Shown here piece by piece: positions 9,895 through 19,695 of a stretch of DNA of 64,000 nucleotides. The position numbers and the translations under genes were made by a program. The DNA comes from an uncultured Acidimicrobiia bacterium. Lineage in GTDB: Bacteria; Acidobacteriota; Terriglobia; Versatilivoradales; Versatilivoraceae. Position 1 is the stretch's first letter, and each line of letters begins with the position of its first letter. The DNA lies in NCBI GenBank assembly GCA_963752385.1, contig CAVVYL010000038.1:4-64003 (forward strand). Direction: 5' to 3'. Under the pieces are notes generated by a model that had not been told where the DNA came from, searched no databases, and saw nothing but the letters and a program-made list of their open reading frames with translations.

Positions 9895-10791
9895 CTAAAG
9901 ACTGAGAATCTCGCTCATGATCTGGTGCTGATCGAGAACCCGATGCAGCCGAGCCGCCTGGTCGTGAGGGGCATAGAGGGCAAACCCGGCCTGGGCCTTG
10001 GCAGAGATGTCCCCTTGCCGGTAAGTCTCGGTGAGATACTCCAGATCGACACGAGATTCGTTGCCATCACGGTCCTCGTACTCGACGCGGACGTCGGGCA
10101 CCACAAAAGCGCCGTTGACCAGCGGCACGGCGTGCTTCTGACTCAGTTCCTCTTTGATTCGGGCTTGCTCTGAAGAATCAAGGTGCTTTTGCCGTTGGAG
10201 CTCGCGGTTAATGTTCCTTTTGAGCTCGTAGTCCAGAATGACGCGCTTGATCCTCCCGCCGGAGTCTTCAATCTCCCGGCCCTTGGCCTGGTACATTTCA
10301 TAAAGTGCCGTGTCGTGCCGGAGCTCCCGAACCTTCTTGATGCCGGAATAGAACTCCTGCGGGCTGCTTTTGAAGACCTGGCGCATGAACTTCTGCCCAT
10401 CGCGGGTGAGTGTGACCACTCGGATGGGTTTCGGATAACGCGAGGATTTTCGCTGGACTAGCCCATGCTTCTGAAGATTGGCTAGCTCGCGGAACATCCT
10501 GTCGCGGTCTCCGGAGTAGAGGTACTTTTCGAGGTCGTCCAATGAAATCGCCCGGAACTTGCCGGCCTCTGCCATCGTGTAGAGCTCGGATTGCCTAAGC
10601 TGGTAACGGTGTCGATCCGACCGGTAAAGAACCCGTTCTTGAGAGTACGAGTCGAGTTCTGGATAGCGAATCGACGGAGAAAACGACTCCCGCTCATCTG
10701 AAGTTGGGTGCTCCCTCGGGCTTCGGACCTGGTCCTGATCGTCGGATTGGGTTCGCGAGTAGTGGGTGCGTTCATTGGGAAACCTGGGCAT
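9895..10791 (-). CDS. Replication-relaxation (Replic_Relax/MOBC-like) putative relaxase
   Basis: wHTH (LANLQKHGLV..VVTLTRDG), ELRHD, and a PD-(D/E)-like motif VPDVRVEYED..RVDLEY. Confidence 0.65.
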   Translation of the reverse strand: MPRFPNERTHYSRTQSDDQDQVRSPREHPTSDERESFSPSIRYPELDSYSQERVLYRSDRHRYQLRQSELYTMAEAGKFRAISLDDLEKYLYSGDRDRMFRELANLQKHGLVQRKSSRYPKPIRVVTLTRDGQKFMRQVFKSSPQEFYSGIKKVRELRHDTALYEMYQAKGREIEDSGGRIKRVILDYELKRNINRELQRQKHLDSSEQARIKEELSQKHAVPLVNGAFVVPDVRVEYEDRDGNESRVDLEYLTETYRQGDISAKAQAGFALYAPHDQAARLHRVLDQHQIMSEILSL

Positions 10792-10805
10792 GACAACACG
10801 TTCGT

Positions 10806-11093
10806 TTAAGCCTTGCGGTCAAGCTCAGTAATGAGCTCGACGTCATCGGAGTCGAGCTGCTTTTCGAGGTGCTTGAGCTTCTTGCCGGTGTCTTTGAAGA
10901 AGAACTTGCGGTACACCATGAACAGGATTCCGAAGAGGTTGAAGAACAGAAGCGCGCTGTAGGCAATGATCACACCCTGATGGGCAGCCAGGATCTGATC
11001 TCGATAACGCGCCAGGAAACGCAGCCTGTCGAGCAAGGCGAAGCCGATGGCCAGAAAGAGAGCGAGAGTGACAATGGTGACATTCGCAATCAT
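10806..11093 (-). CDS. Small two-TM hypothetical protein
   Basis: 95-aa ORF with two hydrophobic segments, inside the operon. Confidence 0.65.
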   Translation of the reverse strand: MIANVTIVTLALFLAIGFALLDRLRFLARYRDQILAAHQGVIIAYSALLFFNLFGILFMVYRKFFFKDTGKKLKHLEKQLDSDDVELITELDRKA

Positions 11094-11102
11094 GGACTTG
11101 GA

Positions 11103-11327
11103 TCAAGCGGCAGGCCGGCCAGGATCTACGACTGCGCTCGGCGCCGGTCCAAGTGCCCGTTGGGTTCGATCAATGGTCTTGTCCAGCTCGCACCAGATAC
11201 TCATGAACGGTTCACCGTCCAATGCTCCCACCTCGAACAGAGCTCCAATCAGCCTCTCGGCTGACTTGGCGGCTGACAATAAGTCTCGAAGCAATACGGT
11301 TTGCTGTGGCTGCGTAATAGTGCTCAT
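11103..11327 (-). CDS. Small hypothetical protein
   Basis: 74-aa ORF with RBS AAGGAG, inside the operon. Confidence 0.55.
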   Translation of the reverse strand: MSTITQPQQTVLLRDLLSAAKSAERLIGALFEVGALDGEPFMSIWCELDKTIDRTQRALGPAPSAVVDPGRPAA

Positions 11328-11341
11328 GATGATCTCTCCTT

Positions 11342-12013
11342 CTATTGGAAGGCTCTATCGTCACGGAAATAGGTGATGGTCAGTCCAAGAGGATTGACGG
11401 GAATCAGATCGTTTTCGACCTTCTGTTTGAAATTGAAAACAAATGAGACGGTGGAAAACTCCCGCTTGAGTTCACTGCGGTCCACGCGGGAAATGTAAAC
11501 CTTCTGCATGTCCACCTTGGCTTTGTAAGGCGGGTTCTGCATCTCTTCGAGGACCACGTTTTTGATGTCGATGTCGATCTCGGCCAGGTTGGGATCGGAG
11601 AGGTAGTTGTCCAGCACTTTACTCTTTCGAAAGCCATCGATCAGCGTGTTGGCCAACATTCCGTCGATGAAAAAGAGGGATTGAGAGAAGTTGTCCTTCA
11701 GAGTGGCCCGATTCCGGGCGTAATGCAGCTTGCAGAACTGGGAGAGGAAATACTTCATCTCGACATCCTGGGGCTTGTACGTCAAGTCCTGATAGGCGAC
11801 AGCCTGGGCCCGGCCAATCTCGTCGATGCGGATCACCAGCGGCTTGAAGTTGCGGACGGTTTGATGAGTCTTGAAGTTGAGGACCAGCAGTCCCAAAGCG
11901 ATGAAAGAGACGGCAGCCAGGGCAATCTTCAGGTACGTGTTCGTTACCAGAGCGTTGCCAAACTGGGCAAAGAAGAGCTGCTTCGCTTCGTTGAAGTCTT
12001 TGGTTTGGGACAT
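11342..12013 (-). CDS. virB8: VirB8/TrbF family T4SS protein
   Basis: One TM, KPLVIRIDEIGRAQAV, C-terminal NPLGLTITYF. Confidence 0.85.
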   Translation of the reverse strand: MSQTKDFNEAKQLFFAQFGNALVTNTYLKIALAAVSFIALGLLVLNFKTHQTVRNFKPLVIRIDEIGRAQAVAYQDLTYKPQDVEMKYFLSQFCKLHYARNRATLKDNFSQSLFFIDGMLANTLIDGFRKSKVLDNYLSDPNLAEIDIDIKNVVLEEMQNPPYKAKVDMQKVYISRVDRSELKREFSTVSFVFNFKQKVENDLIPVNPLGLTITYFRDDRAFQ

Positions 12014-12021
12014 CGAAAGAG

Positions 12022-12810
12022 TTACCTCCGACCGATCACGATAGGCGAAGTCGCCTGGCCTGCCGCTCCACTGAAGATGCTGTTGACGATGGAAGGAATC
12101 TTGGCAATGGACCACATCGCGGCAAAGAACACGATGAGCATGGCCGGGAAATTGGAAACGACCTGTTCGGCCGAGAGATTTCCCCACACGTCAAACTTCG
12201 GGCTGGTGACCATTCTTGAGAAGACGTAGATGAAAGCGTTGGCCACTACGGGATAAAAGCTGTACTGAAGGAGAGATTTGAACCAGCCCCAAAACAGCCA
12301 CTCCATCTGAGGGACGATGAAGAATGGAATGAACACCGGACCGAGCAAAACGCAGATTCCCTGGGCGACGAATCCGAGTGCAATGACGTAAAAAGTAACA
12401 ATGGCCAAGCCTGTGATGGCGAGATAGACCACGAGGTACACGAGAGCGTAGAAGACGTCCAGCGGGCCGGGCTTTTCCATTGTGTCGAGAATGTGAAAGG
12501 CAAATTCTTTGTCGAGATCGATCTTGATCTGGTTTGCCAGTTCGTAGCCCTGGTCAGTGATCAACCTGTAGAAGTTGTCGTACTCGAAGATCATGAAGTA
12601 ATTGAAGCTGATCATCAGGATGAGACTCGCGAACTTGGCGAAGTGGAATCCTTCGCCGTCGTCCGCGGAGCTGAGCGCTGCCTTAAGCCCAAACCAAACG
12701 ATCATGATGGTGGCGAAGGCCCGAAAGAGGTTCTTGCCCAGAGCCATGAAAAGACCGCTGTACTCGCCAAGAAAGGTTTTGAGTGCCTCCATGAAGTCTG
12801 GAAATGGCAT
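12022..12810 (-). CDS. virB6: VirB6/TrbL family polytopic membrane protein
   Basis: Multiple TMs; LLGPVFIPFFIVP..WLFWGW; KIPSIVNSIFSG. Confidence 0.85.
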   Translation of the reverse strand: MPFPDFMEALKTFLGEYSGLFMALGKNLFRAFATIMIVWFGLKAALSSADDGEGFHFAKFASLILMISFNYFMIFEYDNFYRLITDQGYELANQIKIDLDKEFAFHILDTMEKPGPLDVFYALVYLVVYLAITGLAIVTFYVIALGFVAQGICVLLGPVFIPFFIVPQMEWLFWGWFKSLLQYSFYPVVANAFIYVFSRMVTSPKFDVWGNLSAEQVVSNFPAMLIVFFAAMWSIAKIPSIVNSIFSGAAGQATSPIVIGRR

Positions 12811-12878
12811 GGGAATCCTCTTTGAGTGGGCCTGCCTTTGAGGAGCTGACGCGCCCACCCCGAAGCTTCGAGCTGCTA

Positions 12879-13785
12879 TTAGAACGAGGTGTAGTCTGAA
12901 ATTCTGATGGACTTATAGGCCTCGGTGGCGCCCGTGGAAGCCCATTCCCAGTCCTTCTTGAAGTTGTTCTTCAGATAGATGTCGCGGTTGATTTCGTCGG
13001 CGTAACGTTCTCGTTGTTCCTTAAGGAGAACGGCCTGGCTGTTGGCAATGACTGCGAGGAGTTTGTTCGCATCATGCTGGCCGGCGAGAGAATAGGCGGA
13101 GGCAACGTTAATGCGGTTGAGCAGGGCGGCATGGGTATTCATGTCCGGATCGTCGGACAAGGCTGCAGACGTGAGTGCGGCGACTCTGGGTTCGGAGCCG
13201 GCGATGGCGCCCGCGACACTGCCAACGGTTGCGAATGCTTGCTGTGAGGCGGCATCTGCAATGGTGACCGTGGAGGCGTTTGCCTTGATTCTGTCTTTGG
13301 TGAGCGCGTTCATCGAGGCAATAGACCTCGGCGGCATAGGAATTCAGTGGGTTGGTGCTGTTGCCGTAACTTTTGCCAAGTTCAGGACTGAGCGAACCTC
13401 CCATTGCCATCTGGATTCCGGATGTCACACCGAAGAGATCCTTAGAACCTCCCGGCCCTTGCCACCCGCCCAACGCCAGAGCATAGGCGTCCAGACCCGT
13501 CAGATATTGAGACATCTTCTTGGCCAGGTCGTAGGTCTCTTTGATCTTGTCGTAGGTCTCCTTCAGCTTGATGTAGCTGTCGACGGCGGTCTTGATTTGT
13601 TCAACCTGGTTGAGCAACTGCTGCACCCAGTTGGTGGACTGCATCGCCGTCTGAACCGCGATGGTCGCTTCGACGGTCGGGTCGTAAACAATGTCGAAAA
13701 TCCCGAGGATGGCATAGCTGGGTTGGACTGTGAGCACCAGAACCAAGAGGGATACGAGGGTGACGGTCGTGGCCTTTCTCTTCAT
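12879..13785 (-). CDS. virB5: VirB5/TrbJ-like minor pilin (frameshift near 13335)
   Basis: Signal peptide, IVYDPT motif, Gln-rich helix; lies directly upstream of virB6. Confidence 0.75.
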
Positions 13786-13804
13786 TGGGGTTCTCCTTGC
13801 TGTT

Positions 13805-14083
13805 TCAGGGTTGCCGTTTCGGTTCGTTTGGGGATTCTTGGACCTTGGAGTCCTTCTTCGAGTCTTCAGCGGATTTGGGTGACTTCTTGTCTTCCTTTTT
13901 CTGGTCGGCCATGTCGCTGATCTTCATGCTCCGATAAGCTTCGGTGGCCTCCTTCATTTCCTTCTTGTGTTCTGCCTGGGCCTTCGTTTTCTCTTCCTCA
14001 GTCCTGCGATCGGTGCTGACACGCGCATCGTGGCAGGCCAGGGTTAGGCATGCGATCAGCACAAGGGTTGTCAGGGTTCTCAT
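13805..14083 (-). CDS. Small lipoprotein, putative entry-exclusion protein (TrbK/Eex-like)
   Basis: Lipobox LTLAC; adjacent to virB5; shares a 12-aa motif with the VirB5 C-terminus. Confidence 0.7.
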   Translation of the reverse strand: MRTLTTLVLIACLTLACHDARVSTDRRTEEEKTKAQAEHKKEMKEATEAYRSMKISDMADQKKEDKKSPKSAEDSKKDSKVQESPNEPKRQP

Positions 14084-15457
14084 TTTCCTTCCTCCTTTGG
14101 AATGAATGCCCGGTCGACCGCCAGGTCACTGGGCATTTTATGGTTCACATAATCGGGCACCAAAAGGTCATTCGTAAGATACACCTTGACGCGGTGCCCT
14201 TCCAAGATTGTGGCGGTAGGAAGGATGTTGATGTAGCGGTCGAGGATTCTTTCCGAGGACCGCGAAAGACTTTCGGCGACGCCTGCTCTATACAAATCGG
14301 CGCCAGAGGCTCCCGGTCCGTAGTAGGTGACGCCTCGATTGGAGAAGCCGGAAATGAGGCCTAAGGCGACGGAAAGGCCAAAGATCCGCAGGTAGTGGTT
14401 GTTCACCTTATCCCGCAGTGCAGTCTCACCGATCTGGTTCAGGCCTTTGAATTGATCGAGACTTAGTGAGAAACCATCCGGCATGATCAATCGGTGAAAC
14501 GCTACAGCAACCCGCTGCTGGCCCAGCGTGCCTAGTTTCTGTGCTTCGCCGAGGACCTTGCTTCCCTCCGGAATGAGAATGCGTTGCCGATCATGGGAAT
14601 AGACAGGAGAGGTCACCATTGAGTTGACAGGGCCGCTGAAATCACTGTTGATGCGGTTCAGCAAAACTGTTTCCAGGACGGTGCCGGCGAGGACGCGATA
14701 CTGTTTGCCCGTGGAGTGGTTGTAATCAGCCACCTTTGCGCCGCCCGCTTTTTGGATGGTGTCGGGTGCAGCTTCTGTCTCGACCGCGGGAGTGGCCAGT
14801 GTTGACGACTGCCGCCCCGGGATCGATGGGATACCCGGTGCTGCCGCGTTTTGCTGCTGATAGAGATACGCTGGCCAGTTCGATCTCGGGGGCATCACAG
14901 GAAAGCTAGGTACATTCCCTTCACCTTGTTGGGGCGTCCTCTCACCGGCTTGGTTCTTTCCCATCACCTTGAGGAATTCTTTGAAGTTTTCAGCCTCGGA
15001 AGACTGCTTCGGCTCCTGCCTGTAGGTAAGAGCCATGTTGTTGGCAAACAGCGACTGGTAATCCTTCTTCTGCTGCTCTAGAGCAAGCTGGGTGGCGAGC
15101 GCCTCCCGGGGGTTTTGAGTGACCGTGGGTCCGGCTGAGGTGAGGGAGGAGTCGGTGAGATCTTCACTTTTGGCTGGAGGCTGTTGGCCCGAGCAGAAGG
15201 GCTTGCTGTTCCCGCAGAAGGCGCTCTTGGGCAGCTAATTGATTCTTATACTCCTCGAGCTTTGCAGTGTTGAGGCGGGAGAGATCCTGCGAATTGCCTG
15301 GAGTCGCATTCTGTTTGGCCGGCTTCCTGTCGCTACCGCTGGTCAGCCAGATGATGACGATGAGGACCGTGGCTACGCCCAGGATGACGTAGTTCTGCAA
15401 CTGCTTGGGCATCAGCCCTGGAGGCTTCTGGGCTTTTTGGTCAATCGTCTCGCTCAT
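14080..15457 (-). CDS. virB10: VirB10/TrbI core complex protein (frameshift near 15120-15170)
   Basis: N-terminal TM in ORF 15164..15457; GTVLETVLLNRINSDFSGPV..ILIPEGSKVLG..VNNHY..PTATILEG. Confidence 0.9.
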
Positions 15458-16239
15458 CCCTGTCTCCGGAACTCCATCTTTTTCTTACCCACCTGCAGAT
15501 AGCCTTGGTCGAGGACCTTGGGCACGATGTAGCAGCCATTCTCCAACTGGAAGTTCACCAGATTGGGCTTGCCGTCCTTGATCTCATAGATGGCAGGCTT
15601 TTCGCGCGCGTTGCTGTGGATGTAAGTGAAAGACTCGTCGTGAAAAATGGCAGCGACGTTGAAGGGCGCCTGGTTCTTGTACGCGTATTGGAACCTCAGA
15701 GAAGAAGGATACTGGGAGCGGTACTGAGAGATCTGCTTCTCGGTGGTCTTTGCAGCCTCAGACTGAGTTTTTGCGATCTGCTCCTGCAGGGTTACCAGTT
15801 GAGCTTTGTAGCGAGCCAGCTCTTCGGCTGGTACGAAGCGCGGATTCGGTGAGGAAAGGGCACTGACGACAGACTGATCTCTAGGTTCCACGAAGACCTT
15901 GTAATCCGCGTCTCCGCTTGGGATCTCTGTCAAGACGAACGAATAGATGTTACCGCTGGCACAGATCAGATTGAGGTTAGAACTCGCCCCTTCCTTGGCG
16001 GGATGCACATAACAGAAGTTCTGAGCGCCATTGACAATCCAATGCTCTTTGTCTCCGGTCGTGAAATCGAGGATCTGTTCGCTGGCAGGAAGGACAATGG
16101 CTGTCGATACCCGCATTTGGCAGCGGAGCTCGATGATGTCCTTGTTGGAATACTGGATCACCCGCGCCTTTCGATCCTGGGCAACAAGCGGACCACAGGT
16201 GGTGAGAGAGAGAAAAAGGAAAACGAGAGTGCGCTTCAT
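15454..16239 (-). CDS. virB9: VirB9/TrbG core complex protein
   Basis: Signal peptide; STAIVLPASEQI..GDKEHW; IFHDESFTYI..PAIYE..LVNF. Start overlaps the virB4 stop. Confidence 0.85.
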   Translation of the reverse strand: MKRTLVFLFLSLTTCGPLVAQDRKARVIQYSNKDIIELRCQMRVSTAIVLPASEQILDFTTGDKEHWIVNGAQNFCYVHPAKEGASSNLNLICASGNIYSFVLTEIPSGDADYKVFVEPRDQSVVSALSSPNPRFVPAEELARYKAQLVTLQEQIAKTQSEAAKTTEKQISQYRSQYPSSLRFQYAYKNQAPFNVAAIFHDESFTYIHSNAREKPAIYEIKDGKPNLVNFQLENGCYIVPKVLDQGYLQVGKKKMEFRRQG

Positions 16240-18692
16240 GCCGTTTGCCTCCTGGCAAGGATTTTGAGTCCTTCGGTGAGCCCATGCTGGGCGATGACTT
16301 CTTTCTTTTTGAGGTTGTCCATGGGATCGCTGGTATAGAGCCAGTAGCTGACCGGATCGACGTTCAGATTCACGACTTTGGTAATGTCGGGGCGTTTGAT
16401 CAGCATCTGCTGTTTGGGAACCAGCGTCGTGATGAGGTCCACCTCTTTGTCGTTGAGATGGAAGACACCCTGATAGAGCTCCGTGTCCATGTCCGGATTG
16501 GCCAGGAAGATCTTGGTCGAGCAAGACTCAAGGATCAGGTTCAGGATTTCCGATTTCTTGAGCTCATCCGCCGATTGAGTAGCGAGGATCATGGCGCCGT
16601 TTTTCTTGCGCCAAGTCTTGAGGGCCTTGGTGATGTACTCCTTGATGGTCGCGTTTCGGAAGAACACCCAGGCTTCATCAATGATGAAGGCTTTCAGCAC
16701 GCCGGCGAGCTGGTCATCCTGGATGATGGCGTTGGCCCGGTGGAGGAGGTAGAACAGCAGGGGCTCAATGAGCTGGGGATACCTCTCCATCCCCTCGAAT
16801 TCAATGCACTGGAACCGGGAAAAGGTGAGGGTGTCCTCGGGATTGTCGAACAGAAAGCCGAACTGTCCATCGTTGGTCCACTTGTGCAAGGCCTCCTTGA
16901 GCGTGTCCGGCAAAGTGTTCCGCAACGTGGAGAGCCTTCGCAGCGGCGCATCAATGGAGTAGATCATCTCGATCTGATCGAAGAGGTCTTTCTCTTCCTT
17001 GTGAGAGAGCTGATGCTTTCCGCCGTCGTGGATCAGCAGTGAGAAGAAGGTGAAGAGGAAACTCAGATTGTCTCGGGTCGGCGGGAGGCAGAAGGGGTTG
17101 ATGCAGAAGCTTTGCGATTGCAATCCTACCCGCAGATAGGAGCCACCGAACAGCTCCGTGAGGCTTCGGTAGGAGCCTCCCACGTCGAAAATGAATGTGT
17201 GGGGGGCGTACTTCTGCAGGAACGTGATCAGGAAATTCAGCAGGAAGGATTTGCCGCTGCCGGACTTCCCGAGAATAGTCGTGTGCGCCAGGTCGCCGCA
17301 ATGAAGGTTCAGAAAATACGGTGTCTTGTGCGTTGACTCCAGGACTGCCAGATATTCGCAATCGAGATGACTGTTGCGGCGCTCGCCTTGATGCAGGGTG
17401 AAGAAGAAAGAGTAGTCGGCATAGTTAGTGTTGAGGATGTACATCCTGCGGAGGTTGAGGTGATAGTTCCCGGGGACGACAGCAAGGTAGGCGTTCAAGA
17501 GGTTGTAACGCTCGTCGATGAGGATGGCATCGACCGTGGAGAAAATCTTAGAGAACTCGGAAATCGCGCGATCGATGTGGGCCAGGTCACGGTCATAGAG
17601 AACGACCGTCAGGGAGAATTCCCCGAAGGTGTGCCCGTGGATCACGATTTCCTTGTTCGCTTCTCCTAGCTCCTGAATGAGTGATTCCTTACTGTCGTCC
17701 ACGAGAAAGTCGCTCCCTGGACGGGACGTTTCGGGCTGCCCAAGGTAGCTGAAGATCGACATCTTGGAATTGTGGTAATGCCGTCGCCGGCTTTGAATGC
17801 CTTTCTGGATTTTGTTGCTGTCCACCGGATGCCACTCCGAGCAGACAATGAAGTTGGCTTCCACTTCGAGGAGTCGCTTGAAGATCAGCGGAAAGCTCTG
17901 GCTGGAGGGCTCCTTAAGCGTGAGGACCTTCACGAAATAATCGTCGACCAGCAGGTGACCGCGGTGGCATTCCACCGTGCTGTCGGGCAAGTAATAGTCG
18001 AGGAACGCATCATGTTTCAGCCGGGCGAAGTCTAGCTTGTGAGGTGCAAAGTTCAGCAGACGTTTCAGGACCTGGAAGGCTTCATTCTTGTGAAGAAGCG
18101 TGAGCCGGCAGAGATCGCTGAGTTGGCTGACGAAGCTATTCGCTCGGTGGAGCAGCGTTGCGATGCCTTCGTCAACTTCGGCTTCGATCAGCACGACTTC
18201 CGCGCTGGTCGAGAAGGCACCGACGATTTCTCCAGCGGCCTTGCCAGGGTCCGAAGCAAACTTGGAGATTCGTTGCAAGAATGATGTCTTGTGCCGGAAC
18301 CCCTCATGGAGGATCACGTAGTAGATCTGGATGGAGTAGAGCTCTACAGCCCGGCTGGCCAGGTAGTCCGCTCGGTTCTTGATGGCTTGGTTGACCAGCT
18401 CGTTGTCATAGAGCTGGCAGGAAATCCTCTCGTTATTTCGCTTGAACAGGTACTGGTAGATCCGGTACTGCTCGCCAAATCCGCGCATGGCGACTTCAAA
18501 CCGCCGCGTCATGTTGTCGAGAGTGTTTTGGTCCAGGCACTCGTGATCGATACCATCGACGTGGACCACAACGCCGAGGTCACCAGATTTAGTGAGAAAG
18601 ACTTGATCGTCAGCAAAGCCGTAGAGGTTGATGTACTCATTCAGCGTGCCGGCGTTGTTGTAGTCTTTGAACAATTTGGCCAGATTAATCAT
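16236..18692 (-). CDS. virB4: VirB4/TrbE ATPase
   Basis: Walker A GKSGSGKS, FDVGGS, Walker B FIIDEAW, RKKNG..LATQS. Confidence 0.95.
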   Translation of the reverse strand: MINLAKLFKDYNNAGTLNEYINLYGFADDQVFLTKSGDLGVVVHVDGIDHECLDQNTLDNMTRRFEVAMRGFGEQYRIYQYLFKRNNERISCQLYDNELVNQAIKNRADYLASRAVELYSIQIYYVILHEGFRHKTSFLQRISKFASDPGKAAGEIVGAFSTSAEVVLIEAEVDEGIATLLHRANSFVSQLSDLCRLTLLHKNEAFQVLKRLLNFAPHKLDFARLKHDAFLDYYLPDSTVECHRGHLLVDDYFVKVLTLKEPSSQSFPLIFKRLLEVEANFIVCSEWHPVDSNKIQKGIQSRRRHYHNSKMSIFSYLGQPETSRPGSDFLVDDSKESLIQELGEANKEIVIHGHTFGEFSLTVVLYDRDLAHIDRAISEFSKIFSTVDAILIDERYNLLNAYLAVVPGNYHLNLRRMYILNTNYADYSFFFTLHQGERRNSHLDCEYLAVLESTHKTPYFLNLHCGDLAHTTILGKSGSGKSFLLNFLITFLQKYAPHTFIFDVGGSYRSLTELFGGSYLRVGLQSQSFCINPFCLPPTRDNLSFLFTFFSLLIHDGGKHQLSHKEEKDLFDQIEMIYSIDAPLRRLSTLRNTLPDTLKEALHKWTNDGQFGFLFDNPEDTLTFSRFQCIEFEGMERYPQLIEPLLFYLLHRANAIIQDDQLAGVLKAFIIDEAWVFFRNATIKEYITKALKTWRKKNGAMILATQSADELKKSEILNLILESCSTKIFLANPDMDTELYQGVFHLNDKEVDLITTLVPKQQMLIKRPDITKVVNLNVDPVSYWLYTSDPMDNLKKKEVIAQHGLTEGLKILARRQTA

Positions 18693-18972
18693 GGCGAACA
18701 CGCCTAACGGTAACGGGCTTGAACTTGACGGGACAGTACACAGCTTTGAACTTTGATGAATTGAGCAGAATGCGGAGGATTTGCGGATCGGTCTTCGTAG
18801 CCATTTGTCCAAAGGCGAACAGGGCTGCAAAGACTAGCAAGCCTCCGAGAAACGACCCCATCATGTTGAAAGTGGCGGCGCCCATGACTGCGGCGCAGAA
18901 GAAGAGCTTTCGTTCCACGCCGAGGATAGTCAGCGGCCGGTTGAGTGACTTGTAGACTCGGTTCATTCGCAT
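18685..18972 (-). CDS. virB3: VirB3/TrbD
   Basis: VYKSLNRPLTILGVER, two TMs, DPQ motif. Confidence 0.85.
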   Translation of the reverse strand: MRMNRVYKSLNRPLTILGVERKLFFCAAVMGAATFNMMGSFLGGLLVFAALFAFGQMATKTDPQILRILLNSSKFKAVYCPVKFKPVTVRRVRHD

Positions 18973-18988
18973 GAGGGTCACCGAAACA

Positions 18989-19310
18989 TTAAGCGACGCC
19001 AAACAGCCAGCTCATGAAATTCACTGCACCCAGGGCCATTCCAAGACCGAAGACAATCCCGGCGAAGACCTTCTTCGAACCGCCTTCGCTAAAGGCAAAC
19101 ATGAGTCCGCCAATGACAATTGCGATGAGTGACAGTCCCCGAGCCAGAGGGCCCGTGAACGAGAGCTGGAGCAGATTGGTGGCATTCTCCCAAGGCGAAC
19201 CTGCCTGGGCGAACAAGGGATGCTGACAGCAGTGAGATCAGGACCAGCACGAGAGCCTGGACTGTTTTTCTCTTTGCAAGATAAGAGAGGCGAGGCCTTA
19301 TGTCGTTCAT
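18989..19310 (-). CDS. virB2: VirB2/TrbC pilin (frameshift near 19220)
   Basis: Leader MNDIRPRLS..LVLISLLSA, then AQAGSPWE..FTGPLARGLSLIAIVIGGLMFAF. Confidence 0.85.
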
Positions 19311-19695
19311 GTCGTCGTCCTTTCGCTTTTCGATTGACCCACCTTTCACAGGTCTTTTTCATTGAGCGTGGCGTGTTATCGCCCAGCACAGGACTGAGTT
19401 CAATAGCGCGAAGGCAACACAAATCCGAGTCGCCGCCTTTCGGTCTTTGAAAACAAGGAACTTGGCGACTTTTTTCCAGTGCTCACTCGTCTTGCCAATG
19501 GAGCACTGGAACTGGAAATACGGTGCCAGGGTGGTAGGAGGGCGTGTGTAGATAAATAGGATGAGACCGTTGTGATGTCTCAGGCGGGGCTTCCTAGGCG
19601 GATCTTGGTCTCCGTTTACGACACCAGCATGGAGCCCCAGATCGGTAAACAGCTGCTGGCGTTAGTGAGGACCTATCGCCCTATCATGCGGGATT

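Larger units (their letters stand above)
1942..19550 (-). mobile_element. Integrated conjugative element core (VirB/Trb-type T4SS, coupling protein, putative relaxase, primase); right boundary undefined
   Basis: Contiguous, tightly overlapping minus-strand conjugation genes. The left edge coincides with the kinase truncation. Confidence 0.8.

Noticed and set aside
13111-17042. Long antisense ORFs (13111..13920 and 16245..17042; similar ones lie over RND, TonB and ankyrin genes)
   Set aside because: Shadow frames of GC-rich coding genes with no motifs.
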